Program-made: the position numbers and the translations under genes
Notes under the pieces: generated by a model
Databases searched by the model: none
What the model saw: the letters and a program-made list of their open reading frames with translations, nothing else
Told to the model about the DNA's origin: nothing
Part shown: positions 50,226 to 60,500 of the stretch, piece after piece
Layout: every line of letters begins with the position of its first letter
Numbering within the stretch: position 1 is the stretch's first letter
Assembly: GCF_039545135.1 (NCBI RefSeq)
Contig: NZ_BAABRU010000004.1
Coordinates: forward strand, 258,427-322,426
Direction: 5' to 3'
DNA from: Herpetosiphon gulosus
Lineage (GTDB): Bacteria > Chloroflexota > Chloroflexia > Chloroflexales > Herpetosiphonaceae
Length of the DNA: 64,000 bases

Positions 50226-51416
50226 TTAGACTTTATCGGCGACGATAGTTTCGACGCGTTCGCGCACAGCTTCATCGGGAATCATATCGATGATTTCGCC
50301 AACAAAGCCCAACACGATCGTGCGCTTGGCTTCGGCAAACGGCAAACCACGTGATTGCAGATAGAACAACTGCTCTTCGTCGATTTGGCCGCTGGTTGAG
50401 CCGTGGCCAGCCTTAACTTCATTGGCATCAATCTCCAAGCCTGGAATTGAATCCGAGCGTGAAGTGTTGCTCAAGTGCAAGGCATTTTCGCGCAAGTCGG
50501 AGTTGGTGCCTTGGCCTGTGGCGGGAATTTTGACCATGCCATCGAAGACAGCATAGGCTTCATCATCAACCACGGTTTTGAAGTTGATTTGGCCTTCGGT
50601 GTTCAAGCCAATGTGATTAAGCTTGGGTGCAACTAGCAAGTTTTGCTTGCCATTGCCATACAACAAGCCATTCCAATTGACGCTTGAGCCGTTGCCACTC
50701 AAATTGGCTTCCAAGGTAACGTGTTGCACAGCGCTGCCAACCACCACGTTCAGCCATTCGGCTTGAGCATCGCGGTTGATGCGAATTTGTTGGCTGCCCA
50801 ACAGATACACATTGCTGTTCAAGGTTTGCACGCTGGAGAAGTTAACTTTGCCACCGTCACCAACCTCGATTTCAGCCCCAGTCAAGACCACTGCGCTACC
50901 AGCAAAATCGGCTGAGCTAATTTCTTCGATCACATTGATCGAGCTATGGCGCTCGGTAACGATCAAGGTACGGGGGGCGACAATTGTGCCAGCATTGCTC
51001 AAGTGATAGCGAATCCGCACCAACTCTTCAACTTCAAGATCCTTGGCAACGTGGATAAAAATCCCGCCGTTGACCAAAGCATTATTAAGCGCTGAAAATG
51101 GATCGCGATTGGTTTGAACGGCGCTTCCAAGCACCCGTTGCACCAATTCGGCGTGGCTGTGAACTGCTTCGGCTAAAGGCAGAATCGTCACACCTTCTGC
51201 GCCAGCAAAATCAACCGAAACTTCGGCTTCAGCCAATGTGTAATCAGCAATATTGAAGCCCTTCAAATTGGTTCGTCGCCAATCTGGTTGCTCAGCGGTT
51301 TCGAATGCTTCCCAAGCTTCGCGACGGCGGCTGGTCAGCCAACTTGGCTCGTTGCGGCTAGCCAGCAAGGCCTCAAATTGCGCCACATCAAAAGTAGATT
51401 GCAAATTAGCTGGCAT
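50226..51416 (-). CDS. sufD: Fe-S cluster assembly protein SufD
   Basis: 396-aa SufBD-fold protein directly downstream of sufC, with an 11-nt overlap. Confidence 0.75.
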   Translation of the reverse strand: MPANLQSTFDVAQFEALLASRNEPSWLTSRRREAWEAFETAEQPDWRRTNLKGFNIADYTLAEAEVSVDFAGAEGVTILPLAEAVHSHAELVQRVLGSAVQTNRDPFSALNNALVNGGIFIHVAKDLEVEELVRIRYHLSNAGTIVAPRTLIVTERHSSINVIEEISSADFAGSAVVLTGAEIEVGDGGKVNFSSVQTLNSNVYLLGSQQIRINRDAQAEWLNVVVGSAVQHVTLEANLSGNGSSVNWNGLLYGNGKQNLLVAPKLNHIGLNTEGQINFKTVVDDEAYAVFDGMVKIPATGQGTNSDLRENALHLSNTSRSDSIPGLEIDANEVKAGHGSTSGQIDEEQLFYLQSRGLPFAEAKRTIVLGFVGEIIDMIPDEAVRERVETIVADKV

Positions 51417-52197
51417 TGCCGAACACTTCCTCTCGAATGAAATCGTAACCTTTTTCTTCGAGTTCTAAGGCCATGTCGGGGCCACCTTCGCGCACAATTT
51501 GGCCGTTCATTAAAACGTGCACATAATCGGGCTTGATGTAGTTGAGCAAACGTTGGTAGTGGGTAATCACCAACACGCCTAATTCGGGCTTTTCAGCTTT
51601 AACTTTGTTGACCCCTTCGGCCACAATCTTCAAAGCATCGATATCAAGGCCTGAGTCGGTTTCGTCCATGATTGCCATAGCAGGCTGCAACATAGCCATT
51701 TGCAAAATTTCGAGGCGTTTCTTTTCACCGCCTGAGAAACCTTCGTTCAAATAGCGGCGGGCAAAGTCAGGAGCCATTTCCAGCATATCCATACGGGCTT
51801 TGATCACTTTGCGATATTCAGCCATTGGAATCGCGGTTGATTTTGGATCAACGCCTTCTTGAGCGCGATGGGCGTTCAAGGCAGCCCGCAAGAAGTTGGC
51901 AACGGTTACACCAGCTACCGCAACTGGATATTGGAAGGCTAAGAATAAGCCCAATTTTGAACGATCATTTGGTTCGAGATCAAGCACATCTTGGCCTTTG
52001 TACCAAACTTCACCTTCGGTCACTTCATAGCGTGGGTGACCAGCGAGGGTATATGCCAAGGTTGACTTGCCTGAGCCATTTGGCCCCATGATGGCGTGAA
52101 TTTTGCCTTCTTCGATGGTGAGATTAATGCCTTTAAGAATTTCTTTGCCATCGACCGCAACGTGCAAGTTGCGAATGACCAAATTGTTGGCGCTCAT
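51406..52197 (-). CDS. sufC: Fe-S cluster assembly ATPase SufC
   Basis: ABC ATPase with GPNGSGKST and LSGGEKKR motifs. Start MSANNLVIRNL follows an AGGAG Shine-Dalgarno. Confidence 0.85.
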   Translation of the reverse strand: MSANNLVIRNLHVAVDGKEILKGINLTIEEGKIHAIMGPNGSGKSTLAYTLAGHPRYEVTEGEVWYKGQDVLDLEPNDRSKLGLFLAFQYPVAVAGVTVANFLRAALNAHRAQEGVDPKSTAIPMAEYRKVIKARMDMLEMAPDFARRYLNEGFSGGEKKRLEILQMAMLQPAMAIMDETDSGLDIDALKIVAEGVNKVKAEKPELGVLVITHYQRLLNYIKPDYVHVLMNGQIVREGGPDMALELEEKGYDFIREEVFGNAS

Positions 52198-52270
52198 GAC
52201 ACTCCTATTCAAGATTGCTATTCAACACAACAGCGTGGCATGCCCCCTGCATCGCCAGCCGCCAAAGAAC

Positions 52271-52933
52271 TTAGTTATGCTTCTCGATCCCAATCTCATC
52301 GGCTTTGATCACAAAGTGACAGCCGTTATGACCTTCGACCATGCGCCGTTGAATTTCAACTTCATGGCCGAGCGCAGTTTCCATCATTTGGCGTTCCATG
52401 CTGCACAGGCTATCGTGAGTTTGGGCCACCTCAAAATAAGGGCAGGCATACTCACTGACCACCCAACCACCACCAGGCGATTCGGCCACATTGATCGACA
52501 TCCCTTTGCGGTTCATCGTGTAGACGAATTGCATCAAACGCTCACGTAAGGCCACGTTGGCTGGATGATCGCCCGTGTAGAGCGTTGCTAAGCGTGTACC
52601 CACCCGACTGAGCAACTGGGCCATTCCTTCTGCACCTTCGGTCGCCAAAATTTCTTCCAGCAACACATTCAAAAGCACATCGTAGCCCTTGGGAAAGAGC
52701 GATTGGGCCTTGGCAGTCAGGGTATAGCGGTAGGAAGGGCGGCCTGGTCCTTGGCGAATTTTGGTTGGTGCAATGAGGCCTTGGTTGGTGAGATGGGTTA
52801 GTTGCTCGCGCACCGCAGTTGTGCTCACAGCCAGCGCATCTTCCAATTCCTTGACAGTCGCTGAACCTTTACGCTGAATGTAGCTCACAATATCGCCGGC
52901 GGGCGTTCCTTCTCGGATACCAAACACGGTCAT
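52271..52933 (-). CDS. sufR: SufR-like winged-helix transcriptional regulator with a C-terminal Cys cluster
   Basis: N-terminal DeoR/ArsR-like wHTH (DIVSYIQRKGSATVKELEDALAVSTTAVREQLTHL) and a C-terminal CPYFE...C...CHF motif consistent with Fe-S sensing. Lies at the head of the suf cluster. Confidence 0.55.
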   Translation of the reverse strand: MTVFGIREGTPAGDIVSYIQRKGSATVKELEDALAVSTTAVREQLTHLTNQGLIAPTKIRQGPGRPSYRYTLTAKAQSLFPKGYDVLLNVLLEEILATEGAEGMAQLLSRVGTRLATLYTGDHPANVALRERLMQFVYTMNRKGMSINVAESPGGGWVVSEYACPYFEVAQTHDSLCSMERQMMETALGHEVEIQRRMVEGHNGCHFVIKADEIGIEKHN

Positions 52934-52981
52934 AGATACCTCGCATTATGCCTTTGACCATACCGTCACATGGTTATTGAG

Positions 52982-53005
52982 AATGATTATAAATCGAGAA
53001 TCATT
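52982..53005. promoter_or_regulatory. inverted repeat AATGATT-N10-AATCATT upstream of sufR (candidate SufR operator)
   Basis: GAATGATTATAAATCGAGAATCATT, about 50 to 70 nt upstream of the sufR start in an AT-rich promoter region. Confidence 0.35.
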
Positions 53006-53160
53006 TTCTGTCAATAAAATCGGAAAAAACCGCGTTTATTCTAGTATAGTCTAATTTTGAGCCAAAAAGAGGCTGTTTTAGGTGAATTTTCGAGGCAGGC
53101 CAATTAAGCCAAGGCCTTTTTTGACCTAAGCTCGAAGGAAATGACAAAATGAGCAGTTGA

Positions 53161-53555
53161 TTAAGCGGCCAATAATTCTTGATGCAGGCGTTGGAGTTGG
53201 GCTAAAGTCCGTTGAGTGCGGGGGTGTTGTTCGCCAAAACGCGCCAAATCGCCTTGCAAACGAACTTCGACGGTTTGGAGATTGCGACGGCGATTGAGCC
53301 AGCGTTGGTAATGGGCGGTGGCTTGGCGATACACAGCTTGAGCTTGGGCCAAAATCGCGTTGCCATACATCGCGCCCAGCAAGCACCACAAATGTTTATC
53401 GCTGGCCAAGGGGCGAGCATTGGCTGGATTGGTACGCCAGGCCTTGAGCAAACGAGTATTGGCATTAACCGCACTGCGAATTTGCTCGGCCTCGTTTGAT
53501 GAATAGCGTTCAGCAAACCATTGTAATACGGCTTCGATTCCGGTTATTGGATGCA
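53161..53555 (-). CDS. hypothetical protein
   Basis: Start MHPITGIEAVLQWF preceded by a perfect AGGAGG Shine-Dalgarno. Helical; no motif. Confidence 0.4.
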
Positions 53556-53685
53556 TCGCAGACCTCCTAGCCAATGTTGGTTTGAGCATAGCAGTAAGTT
53601 GTGACAACAACTGTCACAAACTTTTGTCACAATCTCCATTCAGGGGTATAGTTGCGCTCAAACGAAGGTCACTGTTGAAAGGATT

Positions 53686-55104
53686 ATGCTCATGGTTTGG
53701 TTGCGGGTCGCCCTAGTTGGGCTGTTGGTAGCGATCGGGCTAGGGAGCCTACCCCAAGCTCAAGCTGCTAATCAAGGCTCTACAGAACATATTTTTGGTG
53801 AAGGTGAGGGTGATCCAGCAGGCGCATTTCAGGTATTACGGCTGCATCCGATCCCAACCGCAATGAATTTTGGCGATGCAGTGCGTGGGGTCGCCAGTGG
53901 CGATAGTTGGTTAGTTGGGGTTGGCCAAAAAACCTTGTTTTCGCTCGATGCTGGCAATCATTGGCAGCAACTCGACCCACAAACATTGTTTCCTGCGGCG
54001 GCAGGTGGCTTGTGTTGCCAACAAGCCTTTGCCTATGATTATGGCCGTGATCTGTTTATTTGGTTGTTGAACTACGCTCCTGATGCCCAACGTGGGCTTA
54101 TGCGAATTGCCTACACCGATAGTGCTGGTTTGGCCGAACAGGAATGGGAATGGTATGACGTGACAGCCGCCCAAGGCTTTACATGGGTTGAGCCACAACT
54201 TGAACTCAGTGCCAACCAAATTTGGCTGGCTATGGATCGTCAGGCAATTGGCGGGGCCATCGATAGTACATGGGTCAGCCAAATTCAAACTGATACCCTT
54301 GAAGATGATTTACCCTTTATTCGGAGCTATTCTTCAACGAGTGAACAGGCTTGGCACTTGGTGCGGGGTGCTAAAGATATGATGTATTTTGCGACCCACA
54401 TCAATCAAACCAGCCTGCGGGTTTATGCATGGGATGAGAACCAGCCAATTCCAAGCAGTAGCGATGTAACGGTTGCTGAATGGACAGCTGGTGCACGCAT
54501 TTGTCCAACGCCTGATCAGCACAATTGGTGTAGTGATGATGACGGGCGGATTCGGGCAGGTTGGGTCGCCAAGGGCACTGTTGGTTTTATGTGGAATGCA
54601 GTTTCCAGCAACACGATTACCTTTCCCTATATTGATGCTGTGCGAATGTATGAACGTGATCTGAGCTTATTGCCATTCAGTTTAGCACGGCCATTTATTT
54701 TCAATGCCCAAAATGGCTTTTCGTTGCCGAGCGTGGCGGTTAATGGGCGTGATGATGTAGCGGTAAGCTTTTATCACAGCAGTACCAAACAATATCCGAC
54801 GCTTTCGAGCAGCATTTTTGATGATTTTACTGCGCCACCACCAGGCTGGGCCTATTACAATGTGCAAGGAAGCAGCACCGCACCAAGTCAACAGCACTGG
54901 GTTGGTCAACTCGACACCCAAGTATTCAGCCCAACTAACCTTGGCTGGAGCGTTACTGGTGCGCGTTTGAACGGCTGCGACGAGGCACGTTGTTTACAAC
55001 CATTCATTGCGATTTTCAGTCGCGAGCGTGATCGGCCAGCGATTGAGCGATGGCTTAGCCCAGTGCGCCATCAACTCTTCACCCCATTTGTTCAAATGAA
55101 TTAG
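53686..55104 (+). CDS. secreted hypothetical protein, 472 aa
   Basis: N-terminal signal peptide (LVGLLVAIGLGSLPQAQA). Trp/Asp/Ser-rich, probably beta-type; no catalytic motif recognised. Confidence 0.5.
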   Translation: MLMVWLRVALVGLLVAIGLGSLPQAQAANQGSTEHIFGEGEGDPAGAFQVLRLHPIPTAMNFGDAVRGVASGDSWLVGVGQKTLFSLDAGNHWQQLDPQTLFPAAAGGLCCQQAFAYDYGRDLFIWLLNYAPDAQRGLMRIAYTDSAGLAEQEWEWYDVTAAQGFTWVEPQLELSANQIWLAMDRQAIGGAIDSTWVSQIQTDTLEDDLPFIRSYSSTSEQAWHLVRGAKDMMYFATHINQTSLRVYAWDENQPIPSSSDVTVAEWTAGARICPTPDQHNWCSDDDGRIRAGWVAKGTVGFMWNAVSSNTITFPYIDAVRMYERDLSLLPFSLARPFIFNAQNGFSLPSVAVNGRDDVAVSFYHSSTKQYPTLSSSIFDDFTAPPPGWAYYNVQGSSTAPSQQHWVGQLDTQVFSPTNLGWSVTGARLNGCDEARCLQPFIAIFSRERDRPAIERWLSPVRHQLFTPFVQMN

Positions 55105-55144
55105 ACAACAAAAAACCACTGGTTTTTCAACCAGTGGTTTGATT

Positions 55145-55220
55145 TGGTGCCACCTTCCGGGCTCGAACCGGAGACCCTGCAATTTTCAGTCGCATGCTCT
55201 ACCAACTGAGCTAAAGTGGC
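55145..55220 (-). tRNA. tRNA-Phe (GAA)
   Basis: Reverse complement GCCACTTTAGCTCAGTTGGTAGAGCATGCGACTGAAAATTGCAGGG...GGTTCGAGCCCGGAAGGTGGCACCA; anticodon loop CTGAAAA. Confidence 0.85.
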
Positions 55221-55222
55221 AA

Positions 55223-55298
55223 TGGTGGGTGATGAGGGACTCGAACCCCCGACCTACTCGGTGTAAACGAGACGCTCTACCAACTGAGCTAATCACCC
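55223..55298 (-). tRNA. tRNA-Val (TAC)
   Basis: Reverse complement GGGTGATTAGCTCAGTTGGTAGAGCGTCTCGTTTACACCGAG...GGTTCGAGTCCCTCATCACCCACCA; anticodon loop TTTACAC. Confidence 0.85.
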
Positions 55299-55318
55299 AT
55301 CTGATTGAATAACGATTT

Positions 55319-55405
55319 TGGTGCCCAGAGTGGGACTTGAACCCACACGAGATTGCTCCCACTACCCCCTCAAAGTAGCGCGTCTGCCAATTCCGCCACC
55401 TGGGC
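55319..55405 (-). tRNA. tRNA-Leu (GAG), type II with a long variable arm
   Basis: Reverse complement GCCCAGGTGGCGGAATTGGCAGACGCGCTACTTTGAGGGGGTAGTGGGAGCAATCTCGTGTGGGTTCAAGTCCCACTCTGGGCACCA; anticodon GAG. Confidence 0.8.
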
Positions 55406-55678
55406 AGGTGGTTTACAACATTTGGTTTGTGTTGCATTTCGTTATTCAATTGTTTAGTGCCGTGGTATTATAATCAGCTTTGGCATTCTTGTCAAATTTC
55501 ACATTCCTGCGCAAAACTACCATCTTTTTATCCCAGCCCGAGCCTTAGTTTATACCACTAAATTGAAGGGTTCCATCCACCGTTCGGCTGATTCTCATGG
55601 GCAAAACCAACGTTCGAGAATGCACCAAAATAAAAACAGCCCCAGTTATAAAACTGAGGCTGTTGCAAAATCGATCTT

Positions 55679-57220
55679 TTAGGGAGCGCAGCTTGGTTTG
55701 GCGTTCAACCATGGGCTGAAGGTCAAATTAACCCCAACCGCATCGCCTGTACCAGCGCCATTTTGCTCAGGATGATATGGGCCTGAAGCATCACCCCACC
55801 AGTTGTTACGGGCATCAAAACCAACATCGCCAGTCAGGCCATAGTTTTTGTGGCTTTGGAAGCTATTGCCGCTGATCAAAATCCGTGAATCATCTAAGGT
55901 TGGGTCGGTTGATTTGATTTGCAAGCCATAGGCTCCGCCGCTAAAGCTATTACACTGAAACACCGCATTCAACGATTGGTTGAATTGAGCGCGAACATTC
56001 GTACCACTGCTCCCACGGAAACTATTCTTCTCAAGAATAATTTCCACATCATCGGCAGTTGTACTGAGACTCACACCAGTTGCGCCGTCGGTGGCTGTGT
56101 TGTTAATCACATTGCTGAATAGACGTAGGCTCTTGCCGCCACGCACTTCGGCGCTGATTGGAGCATAGCCAACCACACGGCTGCGTTGCATATCGAAGTT
56201 GCCACCGCTGATATACATACGGCCTTTATTCTCTTCAAAGACGCTATCTTGGATGATTGTATTGCCCCCAAGGGCCGAAATCAGCACACCTTCGGAGCCA
56301 CCGCCGCGCACATCAACCCAATTCAAATTAGCCTGACCGCCATTATTAACCACGATTGATTTCCAGAAACTGTTGCCGCTCTTGCGCAAACGAGCGCCAG
56401 TCGCCGTCAACGTTCCATCAACCACCAACGATGTATTAGCATCGAGCAATACTTCCACGCCATCATCAATCGTCAAACTTGCGCCTTTGGCGATGATCGT
56501 ATCGCGGCGAATTTTGACTGGGCTTTGAGCCAATGTCCAACGAGTATTACCCCGAATCAGATCGTAAGGCAATGGTGTAGGCGTTGGCGTATTGGTTGGG
56601 GTAGCAGTTGGCCCCTCGGTTGGGGTAGCGGTTGGGGTTTCAAACGGCTCCTCGGTTGCATCGGGAGTTGCTTCAAAGGGATCTTCGGTTGGCTTGGGAT
56701 TTTCTTCCTCTTCGGTTGGGAAGGGCAATTCATCGGTTGCTACCGGAATATTGGTTGGCGCTGGAGTTGCACTATTTGAGCTTGGCGTGGGATAGCCGCC
56801 CGAGCTTTGGGTTGGCGCAGTTGTGCCCCGATTGCCAGTGCTGCTGGTTGGAAATGGCGGAATCGTCGTGCCACCAACTGGCAAGGTTGGAAACGGATCA
56901 ACTGTCGAAGTCGGCCCTTGACCAATCGGCGGGGGATAGGCACCCTCGTTGGTTGGCGTTGCCCGACCAGGCGCTGGCGGCCCTACTACACCAGCCACAT
57001 CGGTGGGAGTTGGGCGCGTATTGGCAACTTCGGTGCTGGTTGCCAAGGTTGGCGTAATTGAGCCATCAGCTGGAGCCAAGGTTGCCTGAGCCAAACTGGT
57101 TGGGCTAGCCGCACCTGAAGGCGATTCAATCGTCGATTGCGAATTGAGACCAAAAATTGCAGCTAAAACAAAGAACGTACCAGCCAATAAAATTGTCTGG
57201 TATTGACGAATTTTTTGCAT
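55679..57220 (-). CDS. secreted right-handed parallel beta-helix repeat protein with a Pro/Thr-rich linker
   Basis: N-terminal signal anchor (ILLAGTFFVLAAIFGL) and a long PT-rich linker. Repeated beta-helix strands and an NNWWGD motif of pectate-lyase/NosD-like folds. Confidence 0.55.
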   Translation of the reverse strand: MQKIRQYQTILLAGTFFVLAAIFGLNSQSTIESPSGAASPTSLAQATLAPADGSITPTLATSTEVANTRPTPTDVAGVVGPPAPGRATPTNEGAYPPPIGQGPTSTVDPFPTLPVGGTTIPPFPTSSTGNRGTTAPTQSSGGYPTPSSNSATPAPTNIPVATDELPFPTEEEENPKPTEDPFEATPDATEEPFETPTATPTEGPTATPTNTPTPTPLPYDLIRGNTRWTLAQSPVKIRRDTIIAKGASLTIDDGVEVLLDANTSLVVDGTLTATGARLRKSGNSFWKSIVVNNGGQANLNWVDVRGGGSEGVLISALGGNTIIQDSVFEENKGRMYISGGNFDMQRSRVVGYAPISAEVRGGKSLRLFSNVINNTATDGATGVSLSTTADDVEIILEKNSFRGSSGTNVRAQFNQSLNAVFQCNSFSGGAYGLQIKSTDPTLDDSRILISGNSFQSHKNYGLTGDVGFDARNNWWGDASGPYHPEQNGAGTGDAVGVNLTFSPWLNAKPSCAP

Positions 57221-57562
57221 CGCACGACTTGAACGTAGGGCGCTGAGCAACCTTGCTCGTTGAGTTGGTGGGCCACTAGGTGGCAAGTTTTGCATCTCCA
57301 TAGTGCGGCATGGTAGCACAGCCTGAGCCATCGTGCAATGAAGATTCGCTGAGAAATATGGGGGTACTTTTGGCCTAAGTTGCCCGTTGATTATGTCTAT
57401 GGTACACTCAGACCCTACAAGATTTAACCATCAGTTAAAGCAGCATTGACATGCGGTTTATCTTCTTTATGCAGCATGACATTTCAGAACTGAAGGTTCC
57501 CGCGTTGGTTAGCCGTCACAGTTGTTCTGGACGGCGTTTCTACATGAATCGTGGAGGATTCT

Positions 57563-60500
57563 GTGCAATTTAAGGGTTTACGACTCCTAACAGCGTTAAC
57601 GATGCTGTTCACGTTGATTGGTACTTCGTTGTCCGCGACATACACCACTCCAACCAGTGCTGTATCAACCTCCCTTGTCATTAGTCAATTCCAAACCGCT
57701 GGTGGTACTGCTGATGATGAATTTATCGAAATTCATAATATCAGCGCCAATCCAGTTGATTTGAATGGGCATCGCGTCGTTTATCGTGCTGCTGCTGGGG
57801 TAAATGATGTTTCAATTGCCAGTTGGACAACCTCAGTTGTGATTCCTGCTGGTGGTTTTTATCTCTTAGGCCGTGCCACCTCATATGATGGCACAGTTAC
57901 CGCCGATACGACCTTTGGTAGCGGTATTTCTGGCACGGGTGGCGGCTTCGCGATCCGTAACGGCGCTTTAAATACAGGCACAATCATCGATTCAGTTGGC
58001 TTTGGTGGTGCTACGAATGAGTTTGTTGAAGGCACAGTTGTGGCTGCGCCTAGCGCCAATAATAGTGCTCAACGCAATAATTCAAGTTGTACTGATACTG
58101 ATAACAATACTGCTGATTTCAGTTTGTTAACTCCCTCAGACCCACGCAACAGCGCCAGCACCGCAGTAACTTGTGGACCTCCTCCACCAGATGTTACACC
58201 AACCGTTGCCAGCACTGTGCCAGCCAATGCTGCTAACAATGTGGCTTTGAATGCAAACATCACGCTTACCTTTAGCGAACCAGTCACCACGACTGATACC
58301 TGGTACACCATCAGCTGTACCAGCGGCACTCGCACGGCTAGCGTTACTGGCGGCCCAACCAGCTATGTGCTTGATCCTAGCAGCGATTTCGCGATGAATG
58401 ATGCTTGTACCGTGACGGTTATTGCTAGCCAAGTGACCGATCAAGACGATACTCCTGATCAAATGGCTCAAGACTACAGCTTTAGTTTTAATGCTGCCGG
58501 CCTTACCTGTTCAGGTGGCACGGTTACCCCAATCGGCCAAGTTCAAGGTACTGGCGAAACCAGTCCTTCGAATGGTTCGGTTGTAACCGTCCAAGGAACG
58601 GTGGTAGCCGATTTTGAAGGCGCTCAACCAGCTTTGCGTGGTTTCTACTTGCAAGATGCTGGCGATAGCAACACTGCAACCTCTGATGGTATTTTCGTAT
58701 TCAACGGCGGCGCTGATCAAGTTAGCCTTGGTCAAGTCGTGCGCGTAACCGGCACGGCTGGCGAAAATCAAGGCCAAACTCAATTGAGTGGAACTTTGAC
58801 GGTTGAACTTTGTGGCACAACCAACACGGTTACCCCAACCCAAGTTAGCTTGCCATTTGCCTCAACCACTGATGCTGAGCGTTATGAAGGTATGCTTGTG
58901 CAGTTCAACCAAAAATTGGTTGTCTCAGAGCACTACTTGCTGGCTCGCTTCGGCCAAGTCACCTTGTCGCTCAACGAGCGCTTGATGCAACCAACCAATG
59001 TCGTTTCACCAGGTGCGCCAGCTTTGGCGTTGCAAGCTCAAAACAACTTGCACAAAATCATCCTTGATGATCCATTCAACAACCAGAATGCTGATCCAAT
59101 TCTGTTTGGTCGTGGTGGCACTGGCTTGAGCGCTGCCAACACCTTACGGGCTGGCGATAGCATTACCAACTTGCAAGGTGTAATGACCTACACATGGGGT
59201 GGTAATAGCGCTAGCCCCAACAATTATCGCGTGCGCGTAACCCAATCGCCTAATTTCGTAGCCGAAAACCAACGCCCAACCTCGCTTGAGCTTGATGGCT
59301 CATTACGGGTTGCGGGGATCAATGTGTTGAACTATTTCAACACCTTTGGCAATGGCAATTGTACTGGCGGGGTTGGTGGCTCAGCTACCGATTGCCGTGG
59401 TGCTGAAAATAGCGCTGAATTCTTACGTCAAGCTGATAAAACCGTTGCCGCGATTATCATGACCCAAGCCGATATCATTGGCTTGATGGAAATTGAGAAC
59501 GACGGCTTCGGCAACAACAGTGCAGTCCAAGATTTGGTCAATCGCTTGAATGCAGCGACCGCACCAGGTACTTATGCATTAATCGATGTTGATGCTCGCA
59601 CAGGCCAAACAAATATCCTTGGTACTGATGCAATCAAAGTCGATATGATCTACAAACCTGGTAAAGTAAGTTTGGCTGGTACAACCGCTGTGCTCAACAC
59701 GGGCGCATTCGGCAGTTTCACCACTGGTAGCGGCACAACTGGCCGTAATCGCCCAGCTTTGACCCAATCGTTTACCGAAACCAGCAGCGGCGAAACCTTC
59801 ACCGTGGTGGTCAATCACTTGAAGTCGAAGGGTAGCGCTTGTACCGATAACGTCAGCCCAGTGCCAAGCGACCCCGATTTGGGCGATGGTCAAGGCAACT
59901 GTAACCTGACTCGCAAAACTGCTGCCCAAGAATTAGTGGCTTGGTTGAATACCGACCCAACCAATGTTGATGATAGCGACTATTTGATCATTGGCGACTT
60001 AAACTCATACGCCATGGAAGATCCAATCACCGCTATTCGCAACGCTGGCTATGTCAATATTCCCAAAACCTTGCTTGGCGACGAAGCTTACTCATACATT
60101 TTCGATGGCCAAACTGGCTCGCTTGACCATGCCTTGGCTAGCACATCGTTGTTCAGCCAAGTTGCTGATGTGCAAGAATTGCACATCAACGCCGACGAAC
60201 CAATCGCCTTGGATTACAACACCAACTTCAAGAGCCCTGGTCAGGTCGTCAGCTTATACAACAACGATGCCTATCGTGCTTCCGACCACGATCCAATTGT
60301 GGTTGGCTTCGATTTGGGCGCAGAGCCAACCGCCAACTTCAATACCTCAGCTAAAACCGTCAGCAGCACCAGCGTCGAACAAGGCGAGGTCTTCACCTAC
60401 ACCTTGACGATTCGCAACACGGGCACGGCTGAAGGCAGCTTTAGCTTGAGCGACGTAATCAACAGCAATCTTGAAATTGTTGGCGTAACTGGTGGCTTGA

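Noticed and set aside
55186-55449. 87-aa minus-strand ORF
   Set aside because: It reads straight through three tRNA genes (Phe, Val, Leu), so it is an artefact.
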